From Eledone cirrhosa (lineage: Eukaryota), in NCBI GenBank assembly GCA_964016885.1, contig OZ024748.1:31186001-31250000 (forward strand): DNA of 64,000 nucleotides, given 5' to 3'. This document shows, one piece after another, positions 13,112 through 27,189 of the stretch. The notes below the pieces were generated by a model, which did no database searches, was not told the origin of the DNA, and worked only from the letters and a program-made list of their open reading frames with translations. Within the stretch, counting starts at the first letter, position 1. The number at the start of each line of letters is the position of its first letter. The translations under genes and the position numbers were made by a program.

Positions 13112-13201
13112 TCCTCTTGATAAGTCGGCAGACCTGGCAAAAGCTCTATATCTCTATGATGTATTGTTTTTGATTATGCCACGAAACTACGTAGTCGAGG
13201 A
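13112..13201 (+). ncRNA. Type I hammerhead with U3-A8 core and extended stem II (family E)
   Basis: UCCUC UUGAUAA GUcGGCA..UGCCAC GAAA CUACGUAG UC GAGGA. Confidence 0.8.
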
Positions 13202-13267
13202 ATTCAGAAGCAGTTTAGGTATGATACATCTTATTACTAATTATATCTAAATGTTTCTTCTCTCTTC

Positions 13268-13435
<168 letters not shown>

Positions 13436-13438
13436 AAT

Positions 13439-13501
<63 letters not shown>

Positions 13502-13620
13502 ATATTTATATATATATATTTATATATATATATATATTTATACATATATATATATTTATATATATATATTTATATGCGCATAATAAAATACATAGAAATC
13601 TTTTAACCATCTTTTGATTT

Positions 13621-13651
<31 letters not shown>

Positions 13652-13653
<2 letters not shown>

Positions 13654-13870
13654 GTTACGTAATAAACAACATAAGGCAATCATTTCATTTACCAGTGGTT
13701 TCTTGAAAACAAACAAATTTTGTTTTCAATCATCAGAATGATAAAATCCTGGTGTATAAAATAAATACACCAGGGTTTTTTCATTCTGATGATTGAAAGC
13801 AAAATTTGTTTGTTTTCAAGAAACCACTGGTAAATGAAATAATTGCCTTATCTTGTTTATTACATAACTA
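13652..13870. ncRNA. Second palindrome with two family D hammerheads (13683-13742 minus, 13779-13839 plus)
   Basis: Direct duplicate of 10620-10838. Both cores are CUGAUGA...GAAA. Confidence 0.8.
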
Positions 13871-14090
13871 TTAAGCTCTGTAACCTACATAGAGCACTCT
13901 TTTTTCCTGGACCTTTCCGACGGAATTACTTCATTCATATATATATAAATAAATATATATATATATAAATATATATATATAAATACATACATATATATAT
14001 AAATATATAAATAAATATATATTTATATATAAATATATATATATATATATAAATTTATATATATATATATATATAAATAAATATATATAT

Positions 14091-14121
<31 letters not shown>

Positions 14122-14196
14122 AATAAATATATATATATATATATATAAATATAATATATATAGATATATATATATATAAATAAATATATATATATA

Positions 14197-14266
<70 letters not shown>

Positions 14267-14396
14267 TATATGCAAAAGTTTTATTTAAAATTGTTGGGTT
14301 ACAACAAGTAAATATTTTATAACTGATATAAAGCACTCAACAAGTTTTGGAATAGATATACGATATTAAACAAATGGAAACTATATTTATAAAACC

Positions 14397-14473
14397 ATAT
14401 TTATTTCATTATACATATTTCGGGGATACCATATTAAAAATATGGCATGCCTTCTTCAGATAAAATACAATAT
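14397..14473 (-). ncRNA. Hammerhead family C (CUGAAGA core)
   Basis: A stem I G-U pair is replaced by A-U relative to the 8980 copy. Confidence 0.7.
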
Positions 14474-16467
14474 ATAAACAGTTTTATAAATAATTTTGAC
14501 GTACCATAAATATTGATCAATGTAAGAAGTTGGTTTGGTAGTGAAATGTTTATAAATATTTAGTGTTAAGCACTATCAGGCTTACTCTGGCAACTTAAAC
14601 ATGATAACGTTGGGTATTCGATGTTTTGGAATATTGTCTCAAGAGGGATTCCTTTTAATTCCTCATCTGAGACATGTGACCTCTGTGTGGAGGAGATATT
14701 CTTTATATTAAAATCTAAAATTCCCTTAATTTAAGGAGCAATTTATTCAGTTGCTGCAGACATAGATTGAACTCAACGTTTAAATATAAATATAAATTTA
14801 AAATGTAGTATAATTAGTTAAGATATTTAATTAATGTATGAAACCTGACGATAAATCTTTCGATTCCTTCAACTTTTTCTTTTAAACCTTCTTCATAAAT
14901 ATATACTAATGATGTAATTAAACTACCCTAAAATGTAGATGCTCCCAATCTATTGAATAAATTTTACGCTAGATAAACTTCTATACTAAATATAAGAGCA
15001 TCTGTAGAACAACAGGGTCTCCTAAATCTTTTAAATGATTTCTGCTAAATAAGTTTTGTTGAATAATTTTTGGTTTTTTGTTTGCTTTTTGATTCTGATT
15101 GCTTCTAATGAACTTGGCAATATATTGTCAGATAAATTGAAAGGGTAGATTTCTGTGGTTGATATGGGGTGCATACTGTGTTTTTTACGGCCCTAGATAC
15201 TCTAGGGAGTGATGAAAATATTTTTAACGTTTTGATATCTCTGTGCTGATATATTAATATCTGGTTGTCTCTGTACAAAAGCCATATGTATTAATATGAA
15301 TATGGAATGATTACAGAGTATATTTTATTTTATCTGCTTACTTTATCTGTCCATGTACACATATATGTGTGCATACATATATATATATATATGTATGTGT
15401 GGGTATAGCTCTGGATATGTTACAGATATCCATAATATTCTATACATGAACGATAATCATGTATGTGAGGGCAGGAGTATTAATATATATTTTTTATGTA
15501 TATATATATATTTTTTATGTATATATGTATATTTTTTATGTATATATATATATATAGTAAAATCTTTTATAACACAAGGAAAACATTTTTTTCTGTGAAA
15601 CAAGAAATTACAGAGTTGATCACGTAAGATCATGGGTATGTCTATAGTATCAACTAGAACTTGAGATGACCTTCTCTTTTTCTCTTTCTTTCCTTTTCCG
15701 GAAAGTACATATATACTTATTTATTTCCGTATTTTTTGAAGTTTTATCTCAGTTTTTGGTACATCGACCTCAGAATTTTAAACTAAACATATGGTCATTA
15801 TTTTTCACACATTATATATCTATGTCTCATTCATGAATATTGATATTTACATTATAATACCCAATTCATATGAATTGATAATTCAAATTGATAGGACATA
15901 ACGTAAAGATGTAAATCTATCACCCCTCTCTCTAGATATAGCTCTTTCTTCTCCTCCCTCTTTATATTTGATGAAGTCTAAGTATCGGTTATTTTAACTT
16001 TACCTCTCCAGTTTCTCTCTTGTTTTCTCTCTTACTTCTCTCCTATTTCTCTCACCTCCCCATATATAATAATTATTATTATTTGGTCTACCCCTTTTTC
16101 CCCCCACCTCTATCTTTCTCTCTCTGTTTTCTCTTCATTTTTTATTTCTCTCCGTCTCCTTAACACTATAACTAAATAAGTACAGTACTCCCTCCCTCCT
16201 AAATCTCTCAATTTGTATGATGAATTATTATTATTCATCTGTTGCCTCAGCTGCCTCTCTTTTTTCATCTCCTCACTATTTCTCTCTCCCCTATCTCTCT
16301 CTATTTCTCTCTGTTTTTCTTTACATACATCTCTTCTTTTTCTCCGTCTTTCTTTTTAACTGTGCTTAACACTAAATATTTATAAACATTTCACTACCAA
16401 ACCAACTTCTTACATAAAAGTTGATCAATATTTATGGTACGTCAAAATTATTTATAAAACTGTTTAT

Positions 16468-16544
16468 ATATTGTATTTTATTTGAAGAAGGCATGCCATA
16501 TTTTTAATATGGTATCCCCGAAATATGTATAATGAAATAAATAT
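16468..16544 (+). ncRNA. Hammerhead family C with uncompensated C3U (UUGAAGA), likely impaired
   Basis: Otherwise matches 14397-14473. Confidence 0.5.
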
Positions 16545-16607
16545 GGTTTTATAAATATAGTTTCCATTTGTTTAATATCGTATAAATATATATATATATT
16601 TAAATAT

Positions 16608-16747
<140 letters not shown>

Positions 16748-16863
16748 TAAGAGGAATTCCAACTTTGTCTGATTTACTCGTTTTATTTACAATCCTTTAA
16801 AATATATATAATATGGTATTATAATGAAATAGTATGATAGAATATTAAATTCTAAGTGTTAAT

Positions 16864-16902
16864 TGAACAAGTACTTTCATGCTTTCGCAATCTTCAGGTT
16901 CA
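16864..16902 (-). ncRNA. Minimal hammerhead (family F), inverted pLTR copy
   Basis: Reverse complement of 18933-18971. Confidence 0.75.
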
Positions 16903-17340
16903 TGATATGTGGTGACAGTCGAGTTTGCAATTTTCAACTGTAATGAGATGGGTAAATTTACTACCTTTTATACATTTTATACAGAGAAAAGTGGCTCCAG
17001 AATGCAAAGCCCTGTAAACTGTATTTCGACCAATCAGTGTGTAGTTTCACTGAATTACTACAGCTGATTGGTTTAAGCGTCACGGCTGGTTGAGCATGCT
17101 AACGTCCAATAGTCATACCCAACGTATCAATTGTTTTGCTTTTTGAAATGATGAAAATAGCATTTTCTATTAATCATCACCATCAACATCACTTTTATTA
17201 TTATTATTATTGTTGTTGTTGTTGTTAGTGGTCGTGGTCATAGTGGTAGTAGAAGTAATACCCCTAGGCGTTATTATTGTTCATTTAGCTTGGGTTTGAA
17301 TTTATCAATAAAATTCTTTTCTTTGATTTTTCTCTTGATT

Positions 17341-18561
17341 TTTCTCTTCAATGGAAAGAATTACATCCAAATTAGAGGCACAACGATGGGAACGAAGTTT
17401 ACTCCCGTTTACGCGAACTCTGTAATGGGATACTTAGAACAACAACTCTACCAAGAAATAGAGGAAAAATATAGTACTGACTTTAGAAAGTACATTGAAA
17501 AATCTTGGAAGAGATACCTTGACGACTGTTTCATCATCTGGACAGAATCTCTAGATACTCTGGATGAGTTCAATATCCTCCTGAATAACCTACACCCATC
17601 TCTCCAATTCACAAAAGAGATGAGTATGACCAAATTACCATTCCTAGATATAATGATAATCAAAAAGGACACCACCATTACCACGGATATATATTATAAA
17701 CACACAGACACCCATCAATATCTGAATTTTAAGTCGCGCCATTCACCTCATACAAAACGCAACATCCCATACTGCCTAGCCAGAAGAATTTGTACCATTG
17801 TAGAAGATACGAATACCAGGTACAAACGCCTAACAGAACTAAGAGAATTTTTGCTCAAACAAAAATACCCATCTCTACTTATAGAAAATGGCATACAGCG
17901 GGCTATAAAAATACCTATACAACAACTTAGAACAACCCAAGGAAGAAGAAACCAAGAACTGGTCATACCATTTATAATGACACACAACCCATGTCACCAG
18001 AATATATTCAACACTGCCAAAGCAAACCTACCGATCATTGCTCAAAGTAATGAATTAAAAGGCTTAATCACAGATCGATCTTTGACTCTTAGTAAAAGAC
18101 AGCCAAAAAATTTGAAGCAATTGCTAACAAAAGCAAAGTTTGACCTTAACAACAAAGACCAATCATTCACTGTATCTAAATGCAATGATAATCGATGCGG
18201 CACATGTCAATCCATACACGCCGGTCAATATATGAAAATAAAAACTGGAAAAATATTCCCAAATGCAAATATGAACTGCAAAAGCAGAAATCTAATTTAC
18301 TGCATTAAATGCCCGAATTATGAAGAACTATATGTCGGTCAAACTGGAAATGCACTATCGGAACGTTCACGGGTACACCGTCAACAAATCAGAGACCCAA
18401 ATGTCCGTCAGATACCCCTAAGCGGCCACCTGGCAACATGTGGTCAGGGAATATTTATAATATTCCCATTCTACAAATTACACAGCCCAAGTGAAATCAA
18501 GAGAAAAATCAAAGAAAAGAATTTTATTGATAAATTCAAACCCAAGCTAAATGAACAATAA
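17341..18561 (+). CDS. Truncated PLE RT C-terminal half + GIY-YIG endonuclease (Neptune-like)
   Basis: GTTMGTKFTPVYAN, RYLDD, LPFLD, YKHTDTHQYL, CNDNRCGTC, LIYCIKC..YVGQT..R..H. The first ~17 codons of the called ORF come from the inverted pLTR. Confidence 0.9.
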   Translation, partial: FLFNGKNYIQIRGTTMGTKFTPVYANSVMGYLEQQLYQEIEEKYSTDFRKYIEKSWKRYLDDCFIIWTESLDTLDEFNILLNNLHPSLQFTKEMSMTKLPFLDIMIIKKDTTITTDIYYKHTDTHQYLNFKSRHSPHTKRNIPYCLARRICTIVEDTNTRYKRLTELREFLLKQKYPSLLIENGIQRAIKIPIQQLRTTQGRRNQELVIPFIMTHNPCHQNIFNTAKANLPIIAQSNELKGLITDRSLTLSKRQPKNLKQLLTKAKFDLNNKDQSFTVSKCNDNRCGTCQSIHAGQYMKIKTGKIFPNANMNCKSRNLIYCIKCPNYEELYVGQTGNALSERSRVHRQQIRDPNVRQIPLSGHLATCGQGIFIIFPFYKLHSPSEIKRKIKEKNFIDKFKPKLNEQ

Positions 18562-18932
18562 TAACGCCTAGGGGTATTACTTCTACTACCACTATGACCA
18601 CGACCACTAACAACAACAACAACAATAATAATAATAATAAAAGTGATGTTGATGGTGATGATTAATAGAAAATGCTATTTTCATCATTTCAAAAAGCAAA
18701 ACAATTGATACGTTGGGTATGACTATTGGACGTTAGCATGCTCAACCAGCCGTGACGCTTAAACCAATCAGCTGTAGTAATTCAGTGAAACTACACACTG
18801 ATTGGTCGAAATACAGTTTACAGGGCTTTGCATTCTGGAGCCACTTTTCTCTGTATAAAATGTATAAAAGGTAGTAAATTTACCCATCTCATTACAGTTG
18901 AAAATTGCAAACTCGACTGTCACCACATATCA

Positions 18933-18971
18933 TGAACCTGAAGATTGCGAAAGCATGAAAGTACTTGTTCA
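18933..18971 (+). ncRNA. 39 nt minimal hammerhead (family F)
   Basis: UGAAC CUGAAGA u UGC gaaa GCA u GAAA GUAC UU GUUCA, with palindromic stem III AGUACU. Confidence 0.75.
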
Positions 18972-19144
18972 ATTAACACTTAGAATTTAATATTCTATCA
19001 TACTATTTCATTATAATACCATATTATATATATTTTAACGGATTGTAAATAAAACGAGTAAATCAGACAAAGTTGGAATTCCTCTTTATAATCTTCTATA
19101 CACAATCATACACACCCGTGTATATTTACCTATCTATCTATCTA

Positions 19145-19220
<76 letters not shown>

Positions 19221-19313
19221 TATATATATATAAATATATATATATAAATATATATATATATAAATATATAGTAATAATAATAAATTTGAAGACTAAAATC
19301 CAAAGAGGGCTCT

Positions 19314-19383
<70 letters not shown>

Positions 19384-19386
19384 AAT

Positions 19387-19417
<31 letters not shown>

Positions 19418-19459
19418 AATATATATTGGAAAATGTGTCTAATCCTTGGTACAGTTAGG

Positions 19460-20710
19460 TATATTAAGACAGGGGGGAAGAAAAAATGGCTTCACTTGTG
19501 CTTTCAACAAATTTATTTTCTTCACAAAATCCAAAAAGAATTTTTTTTTTTTCCGGATTAGAAAGAATTTTTTTCTTAAAAAAAATGATTTTATAAATTA
19601 AGTTGTTGGTTGTTGGTTAGGTCTTAGGAGTTCTTGGTTAATGTAGGAGGTATTATTTCGTTTTTAGAACGACCTTTCACGCTGAGGTGCGCTTGTCAAA
19701 CTGATGTGTATGTGGTGTGTTGTTCTAGATATAGGGATTTAACATGTCTGTGGTGTGGTGGGGGTTTCTTTTCTCCCCCTTTAATAAGTGCATGGGTGTA
19801 GGTGTGTTGAAAAAGTGTTAATAGCAGTAATTAGTTGAGACGGTGAGTAGGGTTGGGTGGGGAGAAATGTAGCAAGTGCGGCCTGCCCCTGTCATTCTCG
19901 AAAAATTCCTTTATTCAGGGGAAGTATGTGGTGGTATGATTACATATTCCTGTGTGTACGTATGTGTATGTGTGTTTTTATATGTGTCTCTATATGTTTT
20001 TGTGTATGTATGTGGATGTATTTGTACATGGGTGTGTGATTTATGGTGTGTGCCTATATATTCCTACATATGCCCGTGTGTGTATGTACGTATATACGCA
20101 CATATGTGTGTGTTGAACAAAGGACTAATTTTGGGATGGACGTAGAAAAATTCTTCATAAAAAAATAAAAAAATAATTATTTACAAACTTGACAGGTGCG
20201 ATTTGCCTGTGACCATTCTCAACACAAAAGGAATACTAAAAACTTTTTCCCCTGAATAAAGGAATTTTTCGAGAATGACCGGGGCAGGCCGCACTTGCTA
20301 CATTTCTACCCACCCAACCCTACTCACTGTCTCAACTCATTACTGCTATTAACACTTTTTCAACACACCTACACCCATGCACTTATTAAAGGGGGAGAAA
20401 AGAAACCCCCACCACACCACAGACATGTTAAATCTCTATATATATAGAACAACACACCACATACACATCAGTTTGACAAGCGCACCTCAGCGTGAAAGGT
20501 CGTTCTAAAAACGAAACAATACCTCCTACGTTAACCAAGAACTCCTAAGACCTAACCAACAACCAACAACTTAATTTATAAAATCATTTTTTTTTAGAAA
20601 AAAATTCTTTCTAATCCGGAAAAAAAAAAAAAAAAAATTCTTTTTGGATTTTGTGAAGAAAATAAATTTGTTGAAAGCACAAGTGAAGCCATTTTTCCCC
20701 CTGTCTTAAT
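19460..20710. repeat. Long inverted repeat (~460 bp arms, ~330 bp spacer), probably a pLTR remnant
   Basis: 19460-19922 is the reverse complement of 20248-20710. Confidence 0.8.
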
Positions 20711-20718
20711 ATAAATAT

Positions 20719-20749
<31 letters not shown>

Positions 20750-20816
20750 AATAAATATATATATATAAATATATAATATATATATATAAATATATATATT
20801 ATATATTTATATATAT

Positions 20817-21870
20817 GGACCAAAATTTGGAATAGAATAGAAGAACTAGGAATAAGGTTAATAGAATAAACTGGTATGATAGCAATAAATACCAGAGTGT
20901 AATGTTCATCGATCCAACCCCTAGAGATGAATTAGCTTACAAATTTAAAAGGCCCTAGATAAACAGAAACTCAATATTAAGATAGTAGAAAGACCAGGTA
21001 CCTCCATAAAAACACTTATTAGCAATACATACCCTTTTCAAAGACCTCCCTGTATAGATAAGAAATGTATAATCTGTTAATTAAGCCCCATATTAACTGT
21101 AAAACTAGAAATGTAGTATATAGCATAAGATGTACTGAAGGACAATGTAGAGATAAGAATATAGTGTACATAGGTGAGACAGCTCGTAGTATAGGGGAAC
21201 GGATAAATGAACACTGGCGAGAGCTTCAAGATAGTAAAGAATCATCTGTACTCTACCAATATGCTAAAATAGGACATAAGGGTAAATTAGACAACATAGA
21301 AATATAAATAGAATCTACACACAGAAAAGAGGCAATGTTTAGACAAATCACAGAAGCAATAAACATAAATGAACTCCAACCAAAATTAAATAGAAAACAT
21401 GAATGGAACAGCAACATCACAACTTACAATTAAGGACAAAATGAAAACACACACGCATATAGAACAAACAACCAACCAGTAACATGTAAATAAACAAATA
21501 AATAAACAAATATAAACACACACAGACACCCGGATGTAACACATGCGCAAACTAAGCACACAACACACACAAAAACAAGATGGCGTAGGACAGAACAAAG
21601 GAGAGGCACACAAACAAAGAAAAGAATCCCCAGTCACAGAAGAGGTCACAGAATGTGTGACGAAAGAACTATGACAATATATAAACAATCATCTGGTTTT
21701 GGAACCAACCGGAAATTTATAAATTCATAAATTTATAAATTTATTATAATAAATTGAAGTGAAAGCAACTGGTGCGTGTGTTTCTTATTGGCAACATGAC
21801 CCTCCAAAAGTATAACAATATCGGTTTCAACACACGTTTTCAGATAAAGAATCTCGCTAAACAAATTCAG
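20817..21870 (+). mobile_element. 3' fragment of PLE family A: GIY-YIG, 3' UTR, mutated HHR (21632-21675, CAGAAGA core) and next ORF start
   Basis: VVYSIRC..VYIGETARSIGERINEH. The pLTR matches 3470-3975. Confidence 0.85.
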
Positions 21871-21931
<61 letters not shown>

Positions 21932-21940
21932 TATATATAT

Positions 21941-22755
21941 ATAAATACATTATCGGAGAAAGCTTTTAGCGATACTCCGGCCAAATTCCAACTCACTCAA
22001 CAAACATTAGGAAATAAGTGAGTATATTCCTAATTAAACGTTCGTGGTGCTAACTAAATGTATTGTGTAGAAAATTGGCTGTATTATTTCATATGAGACA
22101 TATCGAATATATCTCTTCCCAGACGGACGTTTCGTTTCATTATAAGATTCCTACAATGTAGGTGAAATTATACCAATTTATGTAGGAGCTTGTATAGGAT
22201 CAACAGATAATATTCAAGTGGGCCCTTATAATTCATCAGTGGGTGCCCAATAATACTAATATTGATAATCTAACCAATATCAGTATTTAGCGATAATCAC
22301 CATCAGTGCCTGAGGTATCTGTTAGGTTTCTACTCCAACAGTTCTAAAGAAATACTCAAACTGATTCAAAAATTAGGAAGTATATTACCTCCAAAAAAAC
22401 AATACGTGCGCAGGACAATGAATTCTAAGAGTAATTCAGGCCACGTGCTAGAACTCAATTGGAATTTGAAAAAATATCCATGTGTGTACAACGTCTGATG
22501 ACACACATAGATATTTTCTCGGGCAGAATGAGATACAGAATGAGATACAAGAAACAATCAATATTCATATATAATAAAAATAAACAAAGAGAGTTCAAAC
22601 CTTATATCGGGAATTTCATATCTGTTGCACCAAGAGTAAATAAATAAATACATTATCGGAGAAAGCTTTTAGCGATACTCCGGCCAAATTCCAAATCACT
22701 TAAACATTAGGAAATAAGTGAGTATATTCCTAATTAAACGTTCTGGGTGCTAACT
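21941..22755 (-). mobile_element. Family B unit with ~110 bp terminal direct repeat (period about 705 bp)
   Basis: AAATACATTATCGGAGAAAGCTTTTAGCGATACTCCGG occurs at about 21943 and about 22646. Confidence 0.75.
22118..22249 (-). ncRNA. Hammerhead family B
   Basis: CCCA CUGAUGA AUUAUAAG [insert] CUUAUAAU GAAA CG aaacguc CG UC UGGG. Confidence 0.75.
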
Positions 22756-22774
22756 CATATTTCATATGAGACAT

Positions 22775-22920
22775 GCTTTCCAGCATAGTTACGTGCCTTT
22801 ACGATCTGAGTTCAAATCCCGCCGAGGTTGACTTTGCCTTTCATCCTTACGGGGCTGATAAAATACAGTACCAATAATGAACTGGGTAATTGCTGGCCTT
22901 GTGCCTAAAGTAGAAACAAT
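22775..22920 (+). mobile_element. 5'-truncated tRNA-derived SINE with 17 bp TSD
   Basis: B-box GAGTTCAAATCC and core GACTTTGCCTTTCATCC. TSD TATTTCATATGAGACAT at 22758 and 22921. Confidence 0.85.
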
Positions 22921-23014
22921 TATTTCATATGAGACATATATATATATATATATAAATATATATATAAATATATAAATATATATATATATATATAAATATA
23001 TACATATATATATA

Positions 23015-25130
<2,116 letters not shown>

Positions 25131-25151
25131 ATAGAGAGAGAGAGAGAGAGA

Positions 25152-25920
<769 letters not shown>

Positions 25921-25964
25921 ATATATGTGAAGTAATTCCTATCTCATTCTTTTAACGACATGTG

Positions 25965-26015
<51 letters not shown>

Positions 26016-26365
26016 GTGTACATGTATATATATGTGTGTGTGTATGTGTGTGTGTGTGTGTATATATATGTGTGTGTGTGTGTGTATGTATGAATGTATG
26101 TATGTGTATATGTGTGTATATATGTGTATGTGTGTGTAGGTGTACGCTTTATATATATATATATGTGTATATGTATGTGTGTATGCGTACATTTATATAT
26201 ATGTATATATGTATGTGTGTGTAAGTATGCTTTTGTGTTTTTTTTAGTGTGTTTGCATGTGTAGGTTTATTTTATTCTTCCTTTCCTTCTCCCTTTTCCA
26301 GCCTCACTTTCATATAGATTGCATTTTTGTTTTTAGAATCCATATTCAATAAACAAACCAGGATT

Positions 26366-26425
26366 TTTCATTCTGAGGATTGAAAGCAAAACCTTTTGCT
26401 TTTAAGAAACCACTGGTAAATGGAA
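26366..26425 (+). ncRNA. Hammerhead family D (CUGAGGA core)
   Basis: Stem II UUGAAAGCAAA/UUUGCUUUUAA keeps pairing despite substitutions. GAAACCACUGGUA is retained. Confidence 0.75.
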
Positions 26426-26451
26426 TAATTGCCTTATGTTGTTTATTACAT

Positions 26452-26541
<90 letters not shown>

Positions 26542-27189
26542 GTATATATATATATCATGCATAACTACCTGTATGTGTATCTATGTCTATGTGTATATAT
26601 GTGGGAGTTGTGTGTATATATATATATATGCATACAATTCAAATGCACTCGGTTATAAGGGGTTCCTTAAGGTTCGTGATAAACAAACTTATATAATAAC
26701 AGTCACAACTACATAACAGGTGGATTTAGTAAATATAAAATTTATAATATAAGGTTTGTATTATAACATAAGGTTTCTATAATCTTAAATCTCCTTTGTT
26801 ATCTTGACATTTATAACATTTAATATAAGTAAATAACTTAATTTCCTTCATGCTGTTTTGCTATTACATAGAAATGTTTTTCTCCGGGTTTTTTTCTCTG
26901 GTTTTCCGAAAAATCTATGAGTTTAGGAAAATTCCTATATCTTATACATAAAAAGTCCTTTATTATATCTATGTGTATGGTATGTGTAGGTATATATATT
27001 TATATGTATATGTATATATATATGTGCGTATGTATATATATGAATATATTCTTTTAATAATATAGGGGTTTTAATAATATATAGATTTTTTAATAATATA
27101 TAGATCTCAACTTTTTATGTATAGATCTCAATAATGTGATGGATAATTTAATTGATAAACTAAACATTTAATCATATTTAAACACTGGT

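Larger units (their letters stand above)
14270..16580 (+). mobile_element. 5'-truncated Naiad-1-related copy: inverted pLTR end, GIY-YIG tail and full pLTR
   Basis: 14600-14810 encodes CDLCVEEIFFIL..LFSCCRHR. 14350-14575 is the reverse complement of 16360-16580. Confidence 0.8.

Noticed and set aside
14840-14880. GAAACCTGACGA after the Naiad-1 stop codon
   Set aside because: No downstream GAAA or stem I partner, and it is not conserved in the copy at 24520.
17290-17340. Signal peptide or transmembrane N-terminus on the RT ORF
   Set aside because: It is the antisense reading of the inverted pLTR fused at the truncation point.
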